From positions 1,304,725 through 1,368,724 of the forward strand of contig CAWAUI010000007.1 in NCBI GenBank assembly GCA_963785165.1: a DNA stretch of 64,000 nt, read 5' to 3'. The stretch's first letter is position 1; each line of letters begins with the position of its first letter. The position numbers and the translations under genes are program-made. This DNA comes from Thermoanaerobaculaceae bacterium (GTDB taxonomy: Bacteria; Acidobacteriota; Thermoanaerobaculia; Multivoradales; UBA5704). Positions 1 through 10,045 of the stretch are shown here, piece by piece. The notes beneath the pieces are model-generated. The model worked only from the letters and a program-made list of their open reading frames with translations, ran no database searches and was not told the DNA's origin.

Positions 1-603
1 CAGGGTGACGATGGTGAGCGGCGTGCCCGTGAGCGTGAGCCCCAGGTTGTTCGCGTCGAACACCCAGACGTCCGCCCGGCCCACACCGGGAGTGGTGAGC
101 TGGGGATCGTAGGGGACGTTCTGGCCGCGGTGGGCGGTGGTGACGAAGGCGCGGTTCTTCGCCGCTCCGCCGAAGACGACGTCGCGCGGCTCATCTCCCA
201 CCAGCAGGGTGCGCACCACGCGTCCGTTGTGCCCGCCCTGGGTCAGCTCGACGACGCTGACGCTGTCGGAGAGATGGTTGACGACCCAGACCTCGTCGTC
301 GCCACGCGCCGCGACGGCCACGGGCTCGAGGCCCACGGGGATGGAGACCTGGTGCTCCAGTCCGTCGTTCTTGACGCGGTAGACCTCGAGGCGGTTGTCC
401 GGCGTATTGGCGGCGAAGAGGAGCTTGCCGCTCGGCGACAGGGCCAGGGGGCGCACCTGGCCGCTCTCGAAGAGCGTGAAGCTCGCCGGGAGGGATTTGT
501 GGGCCGGCCGAAGCGCGGGGGCGGCGGCGGCAAGGGACGGGAAAAGGGCGGCCAGGCTGATCAACGGCACGATCGACCGGCGGGCAAGGGAAGGCAGGGC
601 CAT
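1..603 (-). CDS. Secreted beta-propeller repeat protein (YVTN/lactonase-like), N-terminal part; the gene runs off the left edge
   Basis: ATG at 603-601 (complement), 8 nt after GGAGG. My translation begins [29 protein letters not shown] (signal peptide), then [25 protein letters not shown] and [22 protein letters not shown] blade-like repeats. Open to nt 1, so absent from the ORF track. Confidence 0.6.
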   Translation of the reverse strand, partial: MALPSLARRSIVPLISLAALFPSLAAAAPALRPAHKSLPASFTLFESGQVRPLALSPSGKLLFAANTPDNRLEVYRVKNDGLEHQVSIPVGLEPVAVAARGDDEVWVVNHLSDSVSVVELTQGGHNGRVVRTLLVGDEPRDVVFGGAAKNRAFVTTAHRGQNVPYDPQLTTPGVGRADVWVFDANNLGLTLTGTPLTIVTL

Positions 604-760
604 GGGAAACCTCCAACAGGCGTCGTATCCGCTGCCCCCTGAGCCCTCAGGGGAAAAGGAGATTCCCACCGGGAACCCAAGAGCAACGAATTGTCCAAAT
701 CCTTTAACGCCTGCAATGCTGAATTCCCCTCACGTGGGGTGGAGAGAATTTCGGCGTAGA

Positions 761-924
761 CGCGAGCCCGGCAGGGCGTCCTACCCCTAGCCCAGGGTGC
801 AACCCTGGGAAAACGGATGCGGCCCCATCCTCCACGATCCGCGTAGGGCGTGCCGCGCGGCGCGTCCCTCGACCACCCAGGGTTGCACCCTGGGCTACGA
901 GTAGGACGCCCTACCGGGCTCACG
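761..924. repeat. Snap-back inverted-repeat (REP/MITE-like) element: 49-nt arms 761-809 and 876-924, 66-nt spacer
   Basis: Hand alignment shows the right arm is the reverse complement of the left at 45/49 positions. Each arm holds its own hairpin CCCAGGG-N5-CCCTGGG. No ORF with transposase features. Confidence 0.75.
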
Positions 925-932
925 GTTAGTAA

Positions 933-2396
933 TTAGGGGACCGTCTCCCCATACACCGCCGTCCGGGGATAGAACGAGAACCAGCCGAACCAGTACGCGA
1001 GGTGGCCGGGGAGGCGCGGCAGGGATTTACCGTCCGGCGTGGTGAGGGCTTCCTCGGTGACGCGCCAGGGCTTGCCGTCCTGGTCGTTCAAGAACACCAG
1101 GCCGAGGAAGGAGCGCTCCGAGCGGGCGAAGACGCGGTCTCCCCGGTCGTAGGCGCGGACGGTGCGGTCCTGCCCCTCGGCGCCCGGCTCGTAGACGAGG
1201 AGGACGGGCTTGCCGCCGAGCTCGTCGTTCACGATCCCCTCTTTCTTCAGGCGGTCCAGGGGATACGCCTTGGGCGCGCCGTTCACGATCAGGGCGTAGA
1301 TCCAGGACTTCTCCGGCAGGATCTGGCTCCGCCGGTGGACCGGGAACATGGTCTCCGCGCCGGCGAAGTAGGAGCCGTAGGGCTTGCCGGGGGTGTAGTC
1401 GCGCTGGTAGCCCGTTTCCAGGGCGAGCACCCGGGTCTCCGGATGGCCCCGCAGCCAGCTCCCCCACGAGGTGACGACCACGGGCAGGCGCTCCAGCTTG
1501 ATGCCGGAGCCCACCAACGGCCCGTTGACCGGCTCGCCCGTGAGCTGGTTCCACAGGGTGCCCGTCTGCCGGTCGTACATGAGCTTGTTGCTCTCGTAGA
1601 GGAAGCCCGAGGAGCCGAAGGTGAGGGTGCCCTTGGGGGTGTCCGTCCGGTAGAGCACGCCCGCGCCGCAGAGGGTGCAGTAGGCGAGCGAGACGGGGAC
1701 CTTGCCCACCACGTCGTTCGCCATCTCGTGCCAGTCGAGAATGCGCAGGGGGTAGGCCCGCGTGTCGCCCGCGATCTCGACGCCGAAGACCGGCTCTTCC
1801 GGCGTCAGGTAGGCCGCCGCCTTGCCCCGGATGAGCGGTGAATTCACCAGGGCCGGGATGCCGTCCACCTTCACGCCGCCCCACTGGATCAGCTCGACCG
1901 GAAGGGTGGTGGGCCGGCTGCTGTCGAGGAACCGTTTCATGGCGGGATCGACCATGCGGGCGTAGAGGTCTCCCTTCCAGGTGGCGAAGCCGGGGACGGT
2001 CGTCACCTCCGGATGATCGGCGAGCCACTTGTACCAGCTTGCCCATTCGCCCCCGAGTTTCTTGGTCCCGGCCGCCTCGCCCGCGATGGCGGCCATGGCC
2101 GCGCCAATCTCCGCGCGGGGGGCCACGGACGGGAAACGCAGCAGCTCGAACAGGGGCGCCAGGTAGCGCCGGTCCTTCTTGGCCGTAGCCCGGCGCAGAA
2201 CCTCGCGGGTGGACCCCGCGTCGAAGCGCAGAAGGGTCTCGAGGTCCGCCTCAACGATTGCCGGGTCAACGGAAACGTCGGCCACGGCGGTGCCGGCCGG
2301 AGCCGGGGCCGGTATCCGGGAAATCGCGGATTCGGAGCCGGCGCAGCTCGCGGTGGCGAGAAGGAGCACGAACAAAGGGAAGGACGGGGTGCGCAT
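933..2396 (-). CDS. DUF3179-family lipoprotein
   Basis: ORF 933..2462. Likely start is the ATG at 2396 (MRTPSFPLFVLLLATASC, lipobox-like ASC). DUF3179 signature seen: VDGIPAL...AYPLRILDWHEMANDVVGKVPVSLAYCTLCGAGVLY...FGSSGFLYESNKLMYDRQTGTLWNQ. Confidence 0.75.
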   Translation of the reverse strand: MRTPSFPLFVLLLATASCAGSESAISRIPAPAPAGTAVADVSVDPAIVEADLETLLRFDAGSTREVLRRATAKKDRRYLAPLFELLRFPSVAPRAEIGAAMAAIAGEAAGTKKLGGEWASWYKWLADHPEVTTVPGFATWKGDLYARMVDPAMKRFLDSSRPTTLPVELIQWGGVKVDGIPALVNSPLIRGKAAAYLTPEEPVFGVEIAGDTRAYPLRILDWHEMANDVVGKVPVSLAYCTLCGAGVLYRTDTPKGTLTFGSSGFLYESNKLMYDRQTGTLWNQLTGEPVNGPLVGSGIKLERLPVVVTSWGSWLRGHPETRVLALETGYQRDYTPGKPYGSYFAGAETMFPVHRRSQILPEKSWIYALIVNGAPKAYPLDRLKKEGIVNDELGGKPVLLVYEPGAEGQDRTVRAYDRGDRVFARSERSFLGLVFLNDQDGKPWRVTEEALTTPDGKSLPRLPGHLAYWFGWFSFYPRTAVYGETVP

Positions 2397-2477
2397 GCTC
2401 CCCATCCTAATCGATGTCCCGGCCGCCGCTCCCGGAGCTTCTCCCCCTCCTGATCGCGGCACCCGGAAAGCCTCGTG

Positions 2478-2885
2478 CGCCTCCTCCCTCTCTTACCGCG
2501 CTTCCTCCCCTTCTTCCCGCGGCCTTCCCCTCTCTTCCCGCGCCATCCGGTAAGAAGGGGGAGCGAGTCGGCAAGAAGGGGGAGCGGCTCGGCAAGAGAG
2601 GGGAGCGACTCGGCAAGAGAGGGGAGCGACTCGGCAAGAGAGGGGAGCGACTCGGCAAGAGAGGGGAGCGGCTCGGCAAGAAGGGGCGGTGGCGCGGCAG
2701 CGGGGGGAGCGCACGCGGCAAGAGGGGGCGGACCCGTACCCGCCTGGGGGGCTGTCGCGGCAAGGGAGGGAGCCGGCTCGGCAAGAAGGGGGAGCGCCGC
2801 GGCAAGAAGGGGGAACACCGCGGGACGAGCGGTAAGTGACGCACCAAGAGGGGGCGGTGCCCCGGCAAGAGGGGGGAATGCCAGG
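2478..2885. repeat. 21-bp phased tandem array (unit CGGCAAGAGAGGGGAGCGACT): 3 inverted units followed by about 14 direct units
   Basis: Forward units start at 2548, 2569, 2590, 2611, 2632, 2653, 2674, 2695, 2716, 2758, 2779 and 2800 (exact 21-nt phase), then at 2830 and 2863. Reverse-complement units end at 2498, 2519 and 2540. Dyad centre is near 2544. Confidence 0.9.
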
Positions 2886-2922
2886 GGAACGGAGGGGAGA
2901 GGCGCGGAACCGTTCCCGCGCC

Positions 2923-3174
2923 TCACTGAATCTCGGAATCCGGCGGCCCCACGTCGTACCCGCCGGCCCGTTCGACGCCCGCGACCCCCGCGATCCGGGA
3001 GAGGCCGTCCATCTTCCCGGGTTGGATCGAGCCCGTGATGGTTCCGATCTGGTCGAGCGCCTGATCGACGCGCAGTCCCGCGGCCTGGCAGCGCTCCACG
3101 ACCTGGCGCATCTTCGGAAGGTGCTCGTCGTCCACCGAGATGAGCACCGCGATCCTGTCGTCCGTCTTCGCCAT
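2923..3174 (-). CDS. Small conserved hypothetical protein (83 aa) downstream of the S8 peptidase
   Basis: ORF 2923..3195, probable ATG at 3174 (MAKTDDRIAVLISVDDEHLPKMRQVVERCQAAGLRVDQ...). Same strand, 48 nt after the peptidase stop. Non-shadow amino-acid composition. Confidence 0.45.
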   Translation of the reverse strand: MAKTDDRIAVLISVDDEHLPKMRQVVERCQAAGLRVDQALDQIGTITGSIQPGKMDGLSRIAGVAGVERAGGYDVGPPDSEIQ

Positions 3175-3222
3175 GGGGGCACCTCTGCCGTCCACTATAC
3201 CGCCCCGTTGGAGAGGAGGGTC

Positions 3223-4612
3223 CTAGGGCGCCTGCACGAGGCCGGCTCCCACGTCCGAGGACGACGCGCCCAGGCGCCGGGCCAAGGCCGCCACGATCTG
3301 GATCAGGGCGGCGCCCGTGACCTGCCGGGCCTCGGCCCACAGCGCGGCGATGCCCGCCACGTGCGGGGTGGCCATGCTGGTGCCGGAGAGGATGCGGTTG
3401 CGCGACGGCATGGGGGCGCAGGAGAAGACGTCCACGCCCGGGCCCGCGATGTCCACCTGGCCGCCGGCCACGCTCGTTCCCCGGTTGGAGAAGTTGGCGA
3501 TCTGGAAGCGGGAGTCCACCGCCGCCACGGCCAGAAACGACACGCAGTTGGCCGGCCGGCTGACGGGCCGGATCAGGTTCTGGTTGCGCTTGCTGTCGTT
3601 GCCCGCCGCCGAGATGAAGACGGTGCCGGCCGCCAGCGCCCGCCGGGCCACCTGCTCGTAGGCCACCGAGGCCGGTGCCTGCGAGCCGAGCGACATGGAG
3701 ATGACGTGGCACCGGTTCAGGATCGCCCAGTTGATGCCGGCCAGGATGCTGCCGTCCGGCCCCCGGCCACTGTTGGCCAGCACCTTGCCGGCGAAGATCT
3801 GCGCCTCGCCGGCCACGCCGTAGCGCCGCCCCTGGACCGGGCGCGCCGGTCCGCACGACGTGCCGATGCAGTGCGTGCCGTGGCCGTGGCCGTCCTGCAC
3901 GGCCTCGCCGGGTATGAACGACTGGCTCGTCAGCGACCGGCCCGCGAAGTCCGGATGCTGAAGGTCCATGCCCGTGTCGAGCACCGCCACCCGGATCCCC
4001 CGGCCGGTGTACCGGGAGGTCAGGGCCTTGGTGGCCGCGATCCCCCAGGTCGCCGTGTCGGTGTCTGCCAATGCGGCTGCCGCGGCGGCCTGCTCCTCCT
4101 CCGAGCCGCCCGAGCCGCCGCCGGCCGAGAGCTGCTCGTAGAGATGGGCCACGGCATCCCGGTACCCCCGCAGGTACGCCAGCGGCACCTCCTGGATGGC
4201 CTCCATGATCCGCTCGGGCTCGATGGCGAGGATGGAGCTTCTCGTCATCCTCGGCCGCGGCGGCGGACAGGGCGTTCAACTGGTCCGGCGGCGTGCTCAC
4301 CACGGCGATGCCGAGCTGGTCGAAGTAGACCGCCCCGGCATCCTGCAGCTGCCCGAAGTCCATGGCCCCGCCGCCAAAGTCCGCCGAGCTCGCGACCATC
4401 CCGATCCCGGCCGACTTGCTCATCAGGTTGACGGCCTTCTGGTCCGTCCCCTCGCGGAAGGTGACGATGTACCGCCCCGTCAGATCCCCCGCAGGCTCCG
4501 CGGCCGGCGTGGCCATGGGAGGCGGCGGAACCGCAGGATCGCCCGCCGGAGCGAACGGCGGTGTGGATAGAGAACGGGACCGCGGGGTCTTGGGATCGGA
4601 TTTCTTGGCCAT
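3223..4612 (-). pseudogene. Secreted subtilisin-like S8 serine peptidase with N-terminal I9-like propeptide; one frameshift near 4240 as assembled
   Basis: Catalytic motifs VAVLDTGMD, HGHGTHCIGT and SGTSMATPHVAG lie in ORF 3223..4248. The N-terminus (MAKKSDPK...YIVTFREGTDQKAV...AAAEDDE) is in another frame (part of ORF 2003..4648), with ATG at 4612 after GGGAGG. The frames rejoin if one base of the TT at 4239-4240 is removed. Confidence 0.85.
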
Positions 4613-4873
4613 GGCGCCTACCTCCCTCAGATCTCCTGAATGATTCAAGAGACACTTCCAAGCTTACAGGCGGCAGGGAGGGCGCGGACGTTACGCCAAG
4701 CCGGACGGCGTCTTCACCTTCGTCTCCGCCCGCGAAATCCGGACGCATGACGCCCAACCAGCGCCGTGACAACCTCATGGCGGCCGGTTGACGGCCCTAT
4801 CGAGGCTGCGCTATGTAGAGGAATCGATGCAGTCGTCCCCTCCCTTCAACTTTCCGCACCTGGGAGAAGAGCC

Positions 4874-7800
4874 ATGCTCAGAGCTTTGAGGTTTGCCGCG
4901 CTGGCGGCGGCCGTCCTCCTGCCCGTTCCCGCCCACGCGGCGGCGCCGGTCGATCCCGACCTGTTCGCCGGCCTCAAGGCGCGGCTCGATCGGCCCGGCC
5001 ACCATGAGCGGCCGCGTCGCCGCCGTGGAGGCCGCCGAGTCCGATCCCGACATTCTCTATGTCGGCGCCGCGACCGGCGGCGTCTGGAAGTCGGTCAACG
5101 GCGGGCTCACCTGGAAACCGCTGTTCGACGACCAGCCGGTGGCCGCGATCGGCGCGCTGGCCCTCGATCCCTCGAATCCGAACGTGGTCTGGGTGGGCAC
5201 CGGCGAAGGCAACCCGCGCAACAGCGTGTCGGTCGGCAACGGCGTCTACCGCACGCTCGACGGCGGCCGGACCTGGACGCACCTGGGCCTCGAGAAGACG
5301 GAGCGCATCCACCGCATCGTGCTCCATCCCTCCAATCCCGAACATCGCCTGGGTGGCGGCCCTCGGGCAGCTCTGGGGCGAGAACCCCGAGCGCGGCGTC
5401 TTCAAGACGGTCGACGGCGGCAAGACCTGGCGCAAGGTGCTCTACGTCGACGAGCGGACCGGCGCGGCGGACCTGGTGATCGACCCGACCAATCCCAACA
5501 AGCTGTTCGCGGCGATGTGGGACTACCGCCGCTGGCCCTGGTTCTTCCGCTCGGGCGGCCCGGGCTCCGGCCTCTACGTCACCTACGACGGCGGCGAGAC
5601 CTGGAAGCGCCGCACGCGAGGACGACGGCCTGCCCAAGGGGGACCTCGGCCGCATCGGCGCTCGCGATCTCGCGCTCCAACCCGAGCATCGTCTACGCCC
5701 TGGTCGAGGCCGAGAAGAGCGCCCTGCTGCGCTCGGACGACGGCGGCCGCACCTGGAAGACGGTCAACGACGGACCAGCGGACGCGCGGAGCGGCCCTTC
5801 TACTACGCGGACATCCGGGTCGACCCGGCGTGGCCGAACCGGGTCTACAACCTGACCGCGCCGGCTCGACGGTGTCGAACGACGGCGGCAAGACGCTTCG
5901 ACGTGCTCGGCGGTCGCGCGAGGTCCACGGCGACTACCACGCCCTGTGGATCAATCCCGACGACCCGCGACCACCTGGTGACGGGCAACGACGGCGGCGT
6001 CGCCGTCAGCCACGACCGCGGGCGAGACCTGGCAGTTCGTGGGCAACCTGCCGCTCGGCCAGTTCTACCACGTGCGCCGTCGACATGGAGCGCCCCTACA
6101 ACGTCTACGGCGGCCTCCAGGACAACGGCTCCTGGCGGGGGCCGAGCGCCATCTGGGAGACGGCGGGCATCCGCAACCACCACTGGGACCCGGTGGGCGG
6201 CGGCGACGGCTTCGACACCCGGCCCGACCCGCGAGGACTCCAGGGCGGGCTACTCCATGTCCCAGGGCGGCTACCTGGTGCGCTGGAACCTGCGCACGCG
6301 GCGAGATGCAAGCCGATCAAGCCGCCGGAGCCGCTGCCGGGGAGCGGCCTCGAGCCGCTGCGCTTCAACTGGAACGCCGGCATCGCCCTCGACCCCTTCG
6401 AGCCGGGGACGATCTACTACGGCAGCCAGTTCGTCCACAAGTCGACCGACCGCGGCGAGACCTGGACGGTGATCAGCCCCGACCTGACCACCAACAACCC
6501 GGAGTGGCAGCAGCAGGCGAAGAGCGGCGGCCTGACCCCGGACGTGACCGGCGCCGAGAACTTCACCACGATCGTCGCCATCGCCCCCAGCCCGCTCCAG
6601 CAGGGGCGTGATCTGGGTCGGCACCGACGACGGCCGCCTGCACGTCACCCGCGACGGCGGCAAGAGCTGGACGAGCGTCGAGAAGAACGTCTTGGGCGCG
6701 CGGGGCGTGCCGGCCAACACCTGGATCCCCCACATCCTCCCCTCGCGCTACGACGCGGGCACCGCCTTCGTGGTGTTCGACAACCACCGGCGCTCCGACT
6801 TGACGCCCTACGTCTGCCGCACCGACGACTGCGGCAAGACCTGGAAGAGCCTGGCCACCACGGACCTCCGCGGCTACGCCCTGGCGATCGAGCAGGATCC
6901 GGTGGACCGGGACCTGCTCTTCCTCGGCACCGAATTCGGCCTCTGGGTCTCGCTCGACGGCGGCGCCCGCTGGATGCCCTGGCGCCACGGCGTGCCCACC
7001 ACCTCGGTGATGGACCTGGTGATCCACCCGCGCGAGCACGACCTGGTGATCGCCACCCACGGCCGGGCCGTCTACGTGCTCGACGACATCACCCCCTTGC
7101 GGGGGATCTCGGCGGAGACGCTCGCCAAGCCGGTGGTGCTCTACCCGAGCCAGCCCGCCACGCTGATCCGTGGAGCGCGGGGCGGCGGCGTGCGGGGTGG
7201 CGGAGCCGGCGAGTTCCAGGGCGAGAACCGGCCCAACGGCGCGCTCCTCACCTTCTCGCTCAACGCGCCGGGTCTGCCGCTCCCCAACGCGGAGAAGGAG
7301 CGGGCGCGCAAGGAGGCCGAGCGGGCGTCGGCGCGGGAGAAGGCGCAGCAGGGCTCGACCGCGCGCAAGGAGGATCCGCCGGCCTCGCCGGAGGCCCCTG
7401 GCGCGGCAGAACCCGCGGCGGACGCCGGCAAAGACGACAAGGGGCCGCAGGCCGAGATCCGCATCGCCGACGCCTCCGGCAAAGTGATCCGCACCTTCAA
7501 GCGGCCGGTCACCCTGGGGGTCAACCGGGTGGTCTGGAACCTGACCCGCGATCCCTTCCGCACGCCGCCCACGGACAACCGCGGCCGGCCGCGCCAGGAC
7601 GACAACGGCCCCACCGTGGTGCCGGGCACCTACGGCGTCACCGTGAAGTACGGTGGCCAGGAGGCCCAGGGGACGGTGCAGGTGGCGGCCGATCCCGGCG
7701 TCGAGAACACCGAGGCCGACTGGCAGGCCCGCGAAGCCGCCGTGCAGCGGGTGGGAGAGCTCCAGAACGCGGTGACGGACGCCATCGCCCGCATCGGCTC

Positions 7801-8248
7801 GACCCGCAAGGACGTCGAAGCCGTGCTCGCCAAGCTCGACGCCCAGGACAAGGAGAGGATGCAGGCCAATCCGGACGCCAAGCCGGGTGACGGACCGAAT
7901 TCCCCCAGATTCCTCCCAAATAAGACCCTGCGCCAGTCCGCCCGCGATCTCCAGAAGAAGCTGTCGGACATCGAGCGGCGCCTCTACGTGCCCCCCACCA
8001 CCAAGGGGATCGTGGTGGACGAAACGGCCTCCGCCCACGTGGAGGCGGCGGGCCGGGCCCTCGGGTCCACCTGGAGCCCGCCGAGCGCGACCACCAAGAG
8101 CTACATGGAGCTGGCCGAGAGGTCCGTCCGCGAAGTCCTCGCCGACTTCAACAAGCTCTACGCCGAAGACGTCGCCGCCTTCGGGCGGAAGGCGGCGGAA
8201 GCCAAGGTGGGGCTGCTGGGCGAGGTGGGGGCGATCGAGGTGCGGTAG
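4874..8248 (+). pseudogene. Sortilin/VPS10-like BNR (Asp-box) repeat protein, about 1120 aa; about 12 frame changes between 4980 and 6610, 3' half intact
   Basis: ATG at 4874 after GGGAGAAG. Signal peptide MLRALRFAALAAAVLLPVPAHA. Repeated DGGxTW boxes (VNGGLTW, LDGGRTW, VDGGKTW, YDGGETW, DDGGRTW, TDRGETW, RDGGKSW, LDGGARW) are spread over ORFs 4766.., 4893.., 5059.., 5903.., 6039.. and 6608..8248. Confidence 0.8.
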
Positions 8249-8258
8249 GGGGGCAAAA

Positions 8259-8278
8259 GGGCGCAATGAATTGCGCCC
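8259..8278 (+). terminator. Perfect 9-bp hairpin GGGCGCAAT-GA-ATTGCGCCC, 11 nt after the sortilin-like stop
   Basis: Seen directly. No T-run follows, so intrinsic-terminator function is uncertain. Confidence 0.4.
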
Positions 8279-8322
8279 CTACACCAGATACCGTGTGCGG
8301 TGTAGGGACGCGTGTCATCGCG

Positions 8323-8365
8323 CCCTCCTCTCCCTGTGGGAGAGGAGGGCCGGGGAGGTGAGGGC
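8323..8365. repeat. REP-like GC-rich hairpin element (CCCTCCTCTCCC-TGT-GGGAGAGGAGGG followed by CCGGGGAGGTGAGGGC)
   Basis: Lies between convergent genes. Related to the copies at 29064-29117 and 55437-55565, which share the GCCCTCACC..CCCCGG / GGGGTGAGG motifs. Confidence 0.7.
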
Positions 8366-8374
8366 GTTACAAGA

Positions 8375-10045
8375 CTAGCGGCGCTTCACCTTGAAGGCGT
8401 CGTGGTCGATCTCGCGGCGGTCGATGCCGGAGTTGTTGAGGATCAGGTCCGACAGCGTGTACTTCTCCACCTCGCGGATCTCGTCGCGCGAGAGGACGTT
8501 CTCATACCAGAAGCGGTCGGCGGCCCGGAGATCCTGGATCTGCCGGTGGACGACGGCGGTGATGAGAGGCCCCGTGTGGCCCCTGCCCGGGTTGGCCGCC
8601 CGCTCGCAGACACCGCCCGCGAACAGGTCCACCTTGTCGGGGTTGGGGTAGATCGAGGCCAGGCGTCCCACGGCCTCGAAGTCGAAGGCCGCGAACCAGT
8701 TAAAGACCCTCGGCAGGCCAAAGCCCTGGCGCATCTGATTGTAGCTGGGCAGGCCGAGCTCGCGGCCCCGGGCGAGGTTGATGGCCGGCAAATCAAAAAG
8801 GGTGCCAGGGGTGCCGGGCTCGTCCACGATCAGCGTGTTGCGCACGCCGTCGGCCACCACGCAGTCCACCTTCTCGTGCGTCTGGCGGATGAAGCCACGG
8901 ACCACCGTGTCGAGGTCGGCGGAGGTCTGGAAGAGCGCGGCCGCCTGGAACAGCGAATCACCCAGGCCGAGCGGCGGCAGCGAGTGGTGGCCGTCGTGGC
9001 GTTCGAGCTCGCGCGGCAGCAGCGTGTGGCCCAGGCGGTAGAGCGACTGCTCGAACTCCATGGCCAGGCGGCCGTCCACCCACGGCTTGTGGCCGGTGTA
9101 GGGGGCCACCCGCTGGCCGGTCAGCGTCGGGACGAACTCGTTGACCACGATCGACTGCATGAGGCTCGCCACCCACCGGCGGCCGAGCTGGAAGAGCTGC
9201 TCGTCGGTGAGAGCCGGGTTGTCCGCGGCGTATTCAGCAACCTTCCGGTTGTGCTCGCGCACGAAGAGGGTGTGGATCATCGTCAGGCCCGGGGTCTCGT
9301 TGCACCGCGGGAAGAAGTCGCCACAAACGAACAGCGTGGAAGGGAACTGCGGCGTCGGCAGCACCGTGGGGACCCGGGGGAGCAGGTTGGTGCCCGCCTC
9401 CACGAGCAGGCGGCCGCCGGCAAACTCCCGCAGCACGCCCGGGGTCGGCCCGGCGGGGCCGGGGCCCGGAAGAGCCTGGCCGTAGCCATAGACCTGTGAC
9501 GCGTCGATCCAGCCGGTCTGTTCGTTGATCGACATCCGGGGGTTCGGAGCCGGCCCCACGCCGGTCGCCGGGTCGTACTTCTGCCGCTCGATGGTGATGA
9601 ACGGCCGGAGGATCGGATCGAAGAACGGATCGTCGGGCGGCACCACGATGTCGATCGGTTCGGCCGGGACGCCTTCGACCGTAATGCCGAAGTCATGGTC
9701 CAGGAACTGGCCGAACTGCCACAGGAAGTTGTTGTTGCGGAGCGAGTTCAGGACCGGCTCGGGATCCTGGGCGAAGACGTGGTTCGAAATGTCCCGCTCG
9801 CCGGGGCGGTCCTGCCCCGGGAACTGAGATGAATCGCCGCCCAGATGGTCGAGATAGCGGTCCGCCAGGAAGCGCTTCTCGCGGGTGCCGGCCTGGTTGG
9901 CGTGCGGGTCGCTCAGATTGTGGTTACTGCCGTCGATCGGGGGGACGACCGTAACCGGTTGAACCGGGTGCCCGGACGCGCTCGCCTCAACTGGCACCAG
10001 GACCGCCGTCATAAGGACGGCCGTTGCGATAGAGCCAAGTTTCAT
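8375..10045 (-). CDS. Secreted animal-type haem peroxidase (peroxidase-cyclooxygenase superfamily)
   Basis: ORF 8375..10213. Probable ATG at 10045 after AGGAGG (MKLGSIATAVLMTAVLVPVEASA, signal peptide). Motifs WQFGQFLDHDF and LPAINLARGRELGLPSYNQMR. Confidence 0.8.
   Translation of the reverse strand: MKLGSIATAVLMTAVLVPVEASASGHPVQPVTVVPPIDGSNHNLSDPHANQAGTREKRFLADRYLDHLGGDSSQFPGQDRPGERDISNHVFAQDPEPVLNSLRNNNFLWQFGQFLDHDFGITVEGVPAEPIDIVVPPDDPFFDPILRPFITIERQKYDPATGVGPAPNPRMSINEQTGWIDASQVYGYGQALPGPGPAGPTPGVLREFAGGRLLVEAGTNLLPRVPTVLPTPQFPSTLFVCGDFFPRCNETPGLTMIHTLFVREHNRKVAEYAADNPALTDEQLFQLGRRWVASLMQSIVVNEFVPTLTGQRVAPYTGHKPWVDGRLAMEFEQSLYRLGHTLLPRELERHDGHHSLPPLGLGDSLFQAAALFQTSADLDTVVRGFIRQTHEKVDCVVADGVRNTLIVDEPGTPGTLFDLPAINLARGRELGLPSYNQMRQGFGLPRVFNWFAAFDFEAVGRLASIYPNPDKVDLFAGGVCERAANPGRGHTGPLITAVVHRQIQDLRAADRFWYENVLSRDEIREVEKYTLSDLILNNSGIDRREIDHDAFKVKRR

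Noticed and set aside
2414-2839. 141-aa ORF encoding GKRGERL heptads (and the mirror LPSRSPL ORFs on the other strand)
   Set aside because: Its periodicity simply reflects the 21-bp DNA repeat. It has no RBS, it overlaps the DUF3179 start on the opposite strand, and every frame is open. I treat the locus as non-coding.
2478-2885. CRISPR array
   Set aside because: Repeats are contiguous with no unique spacers, the unit is only 21 bp, and no cas genes are present. The same reasoning applies to 44617-44980.
2003-4648. 881-aa minus-strand ORF spanning the 21-bp array, the small ORF and the S8 peptidase region
   Set aside because: Arg/Pro/Gly/Ala-rich shadow ORF typical of high-GC DNA. Only its first ~120 codons (4249-4612) are real, being the N-terminus of the frameshifted S8 peptidase.
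6563-8266. Long antisense or alternate-frame ORFs. These include 6563..8266(-), 17367..19484(+), 23022..24176(-), 24887..26260(-), 27267..29198(-) and 29830..32283(-). Also 33589..36030(-), 54097..55461(-), 52233..53105(-) and 58404..59240(-).
   Set aside because: All overlap well-supported genes on the other strand or frame. All have the Arg/Gly/Pro/His-rich composition of GC-driven shadow ORFs, and none carries a recognisable motif.
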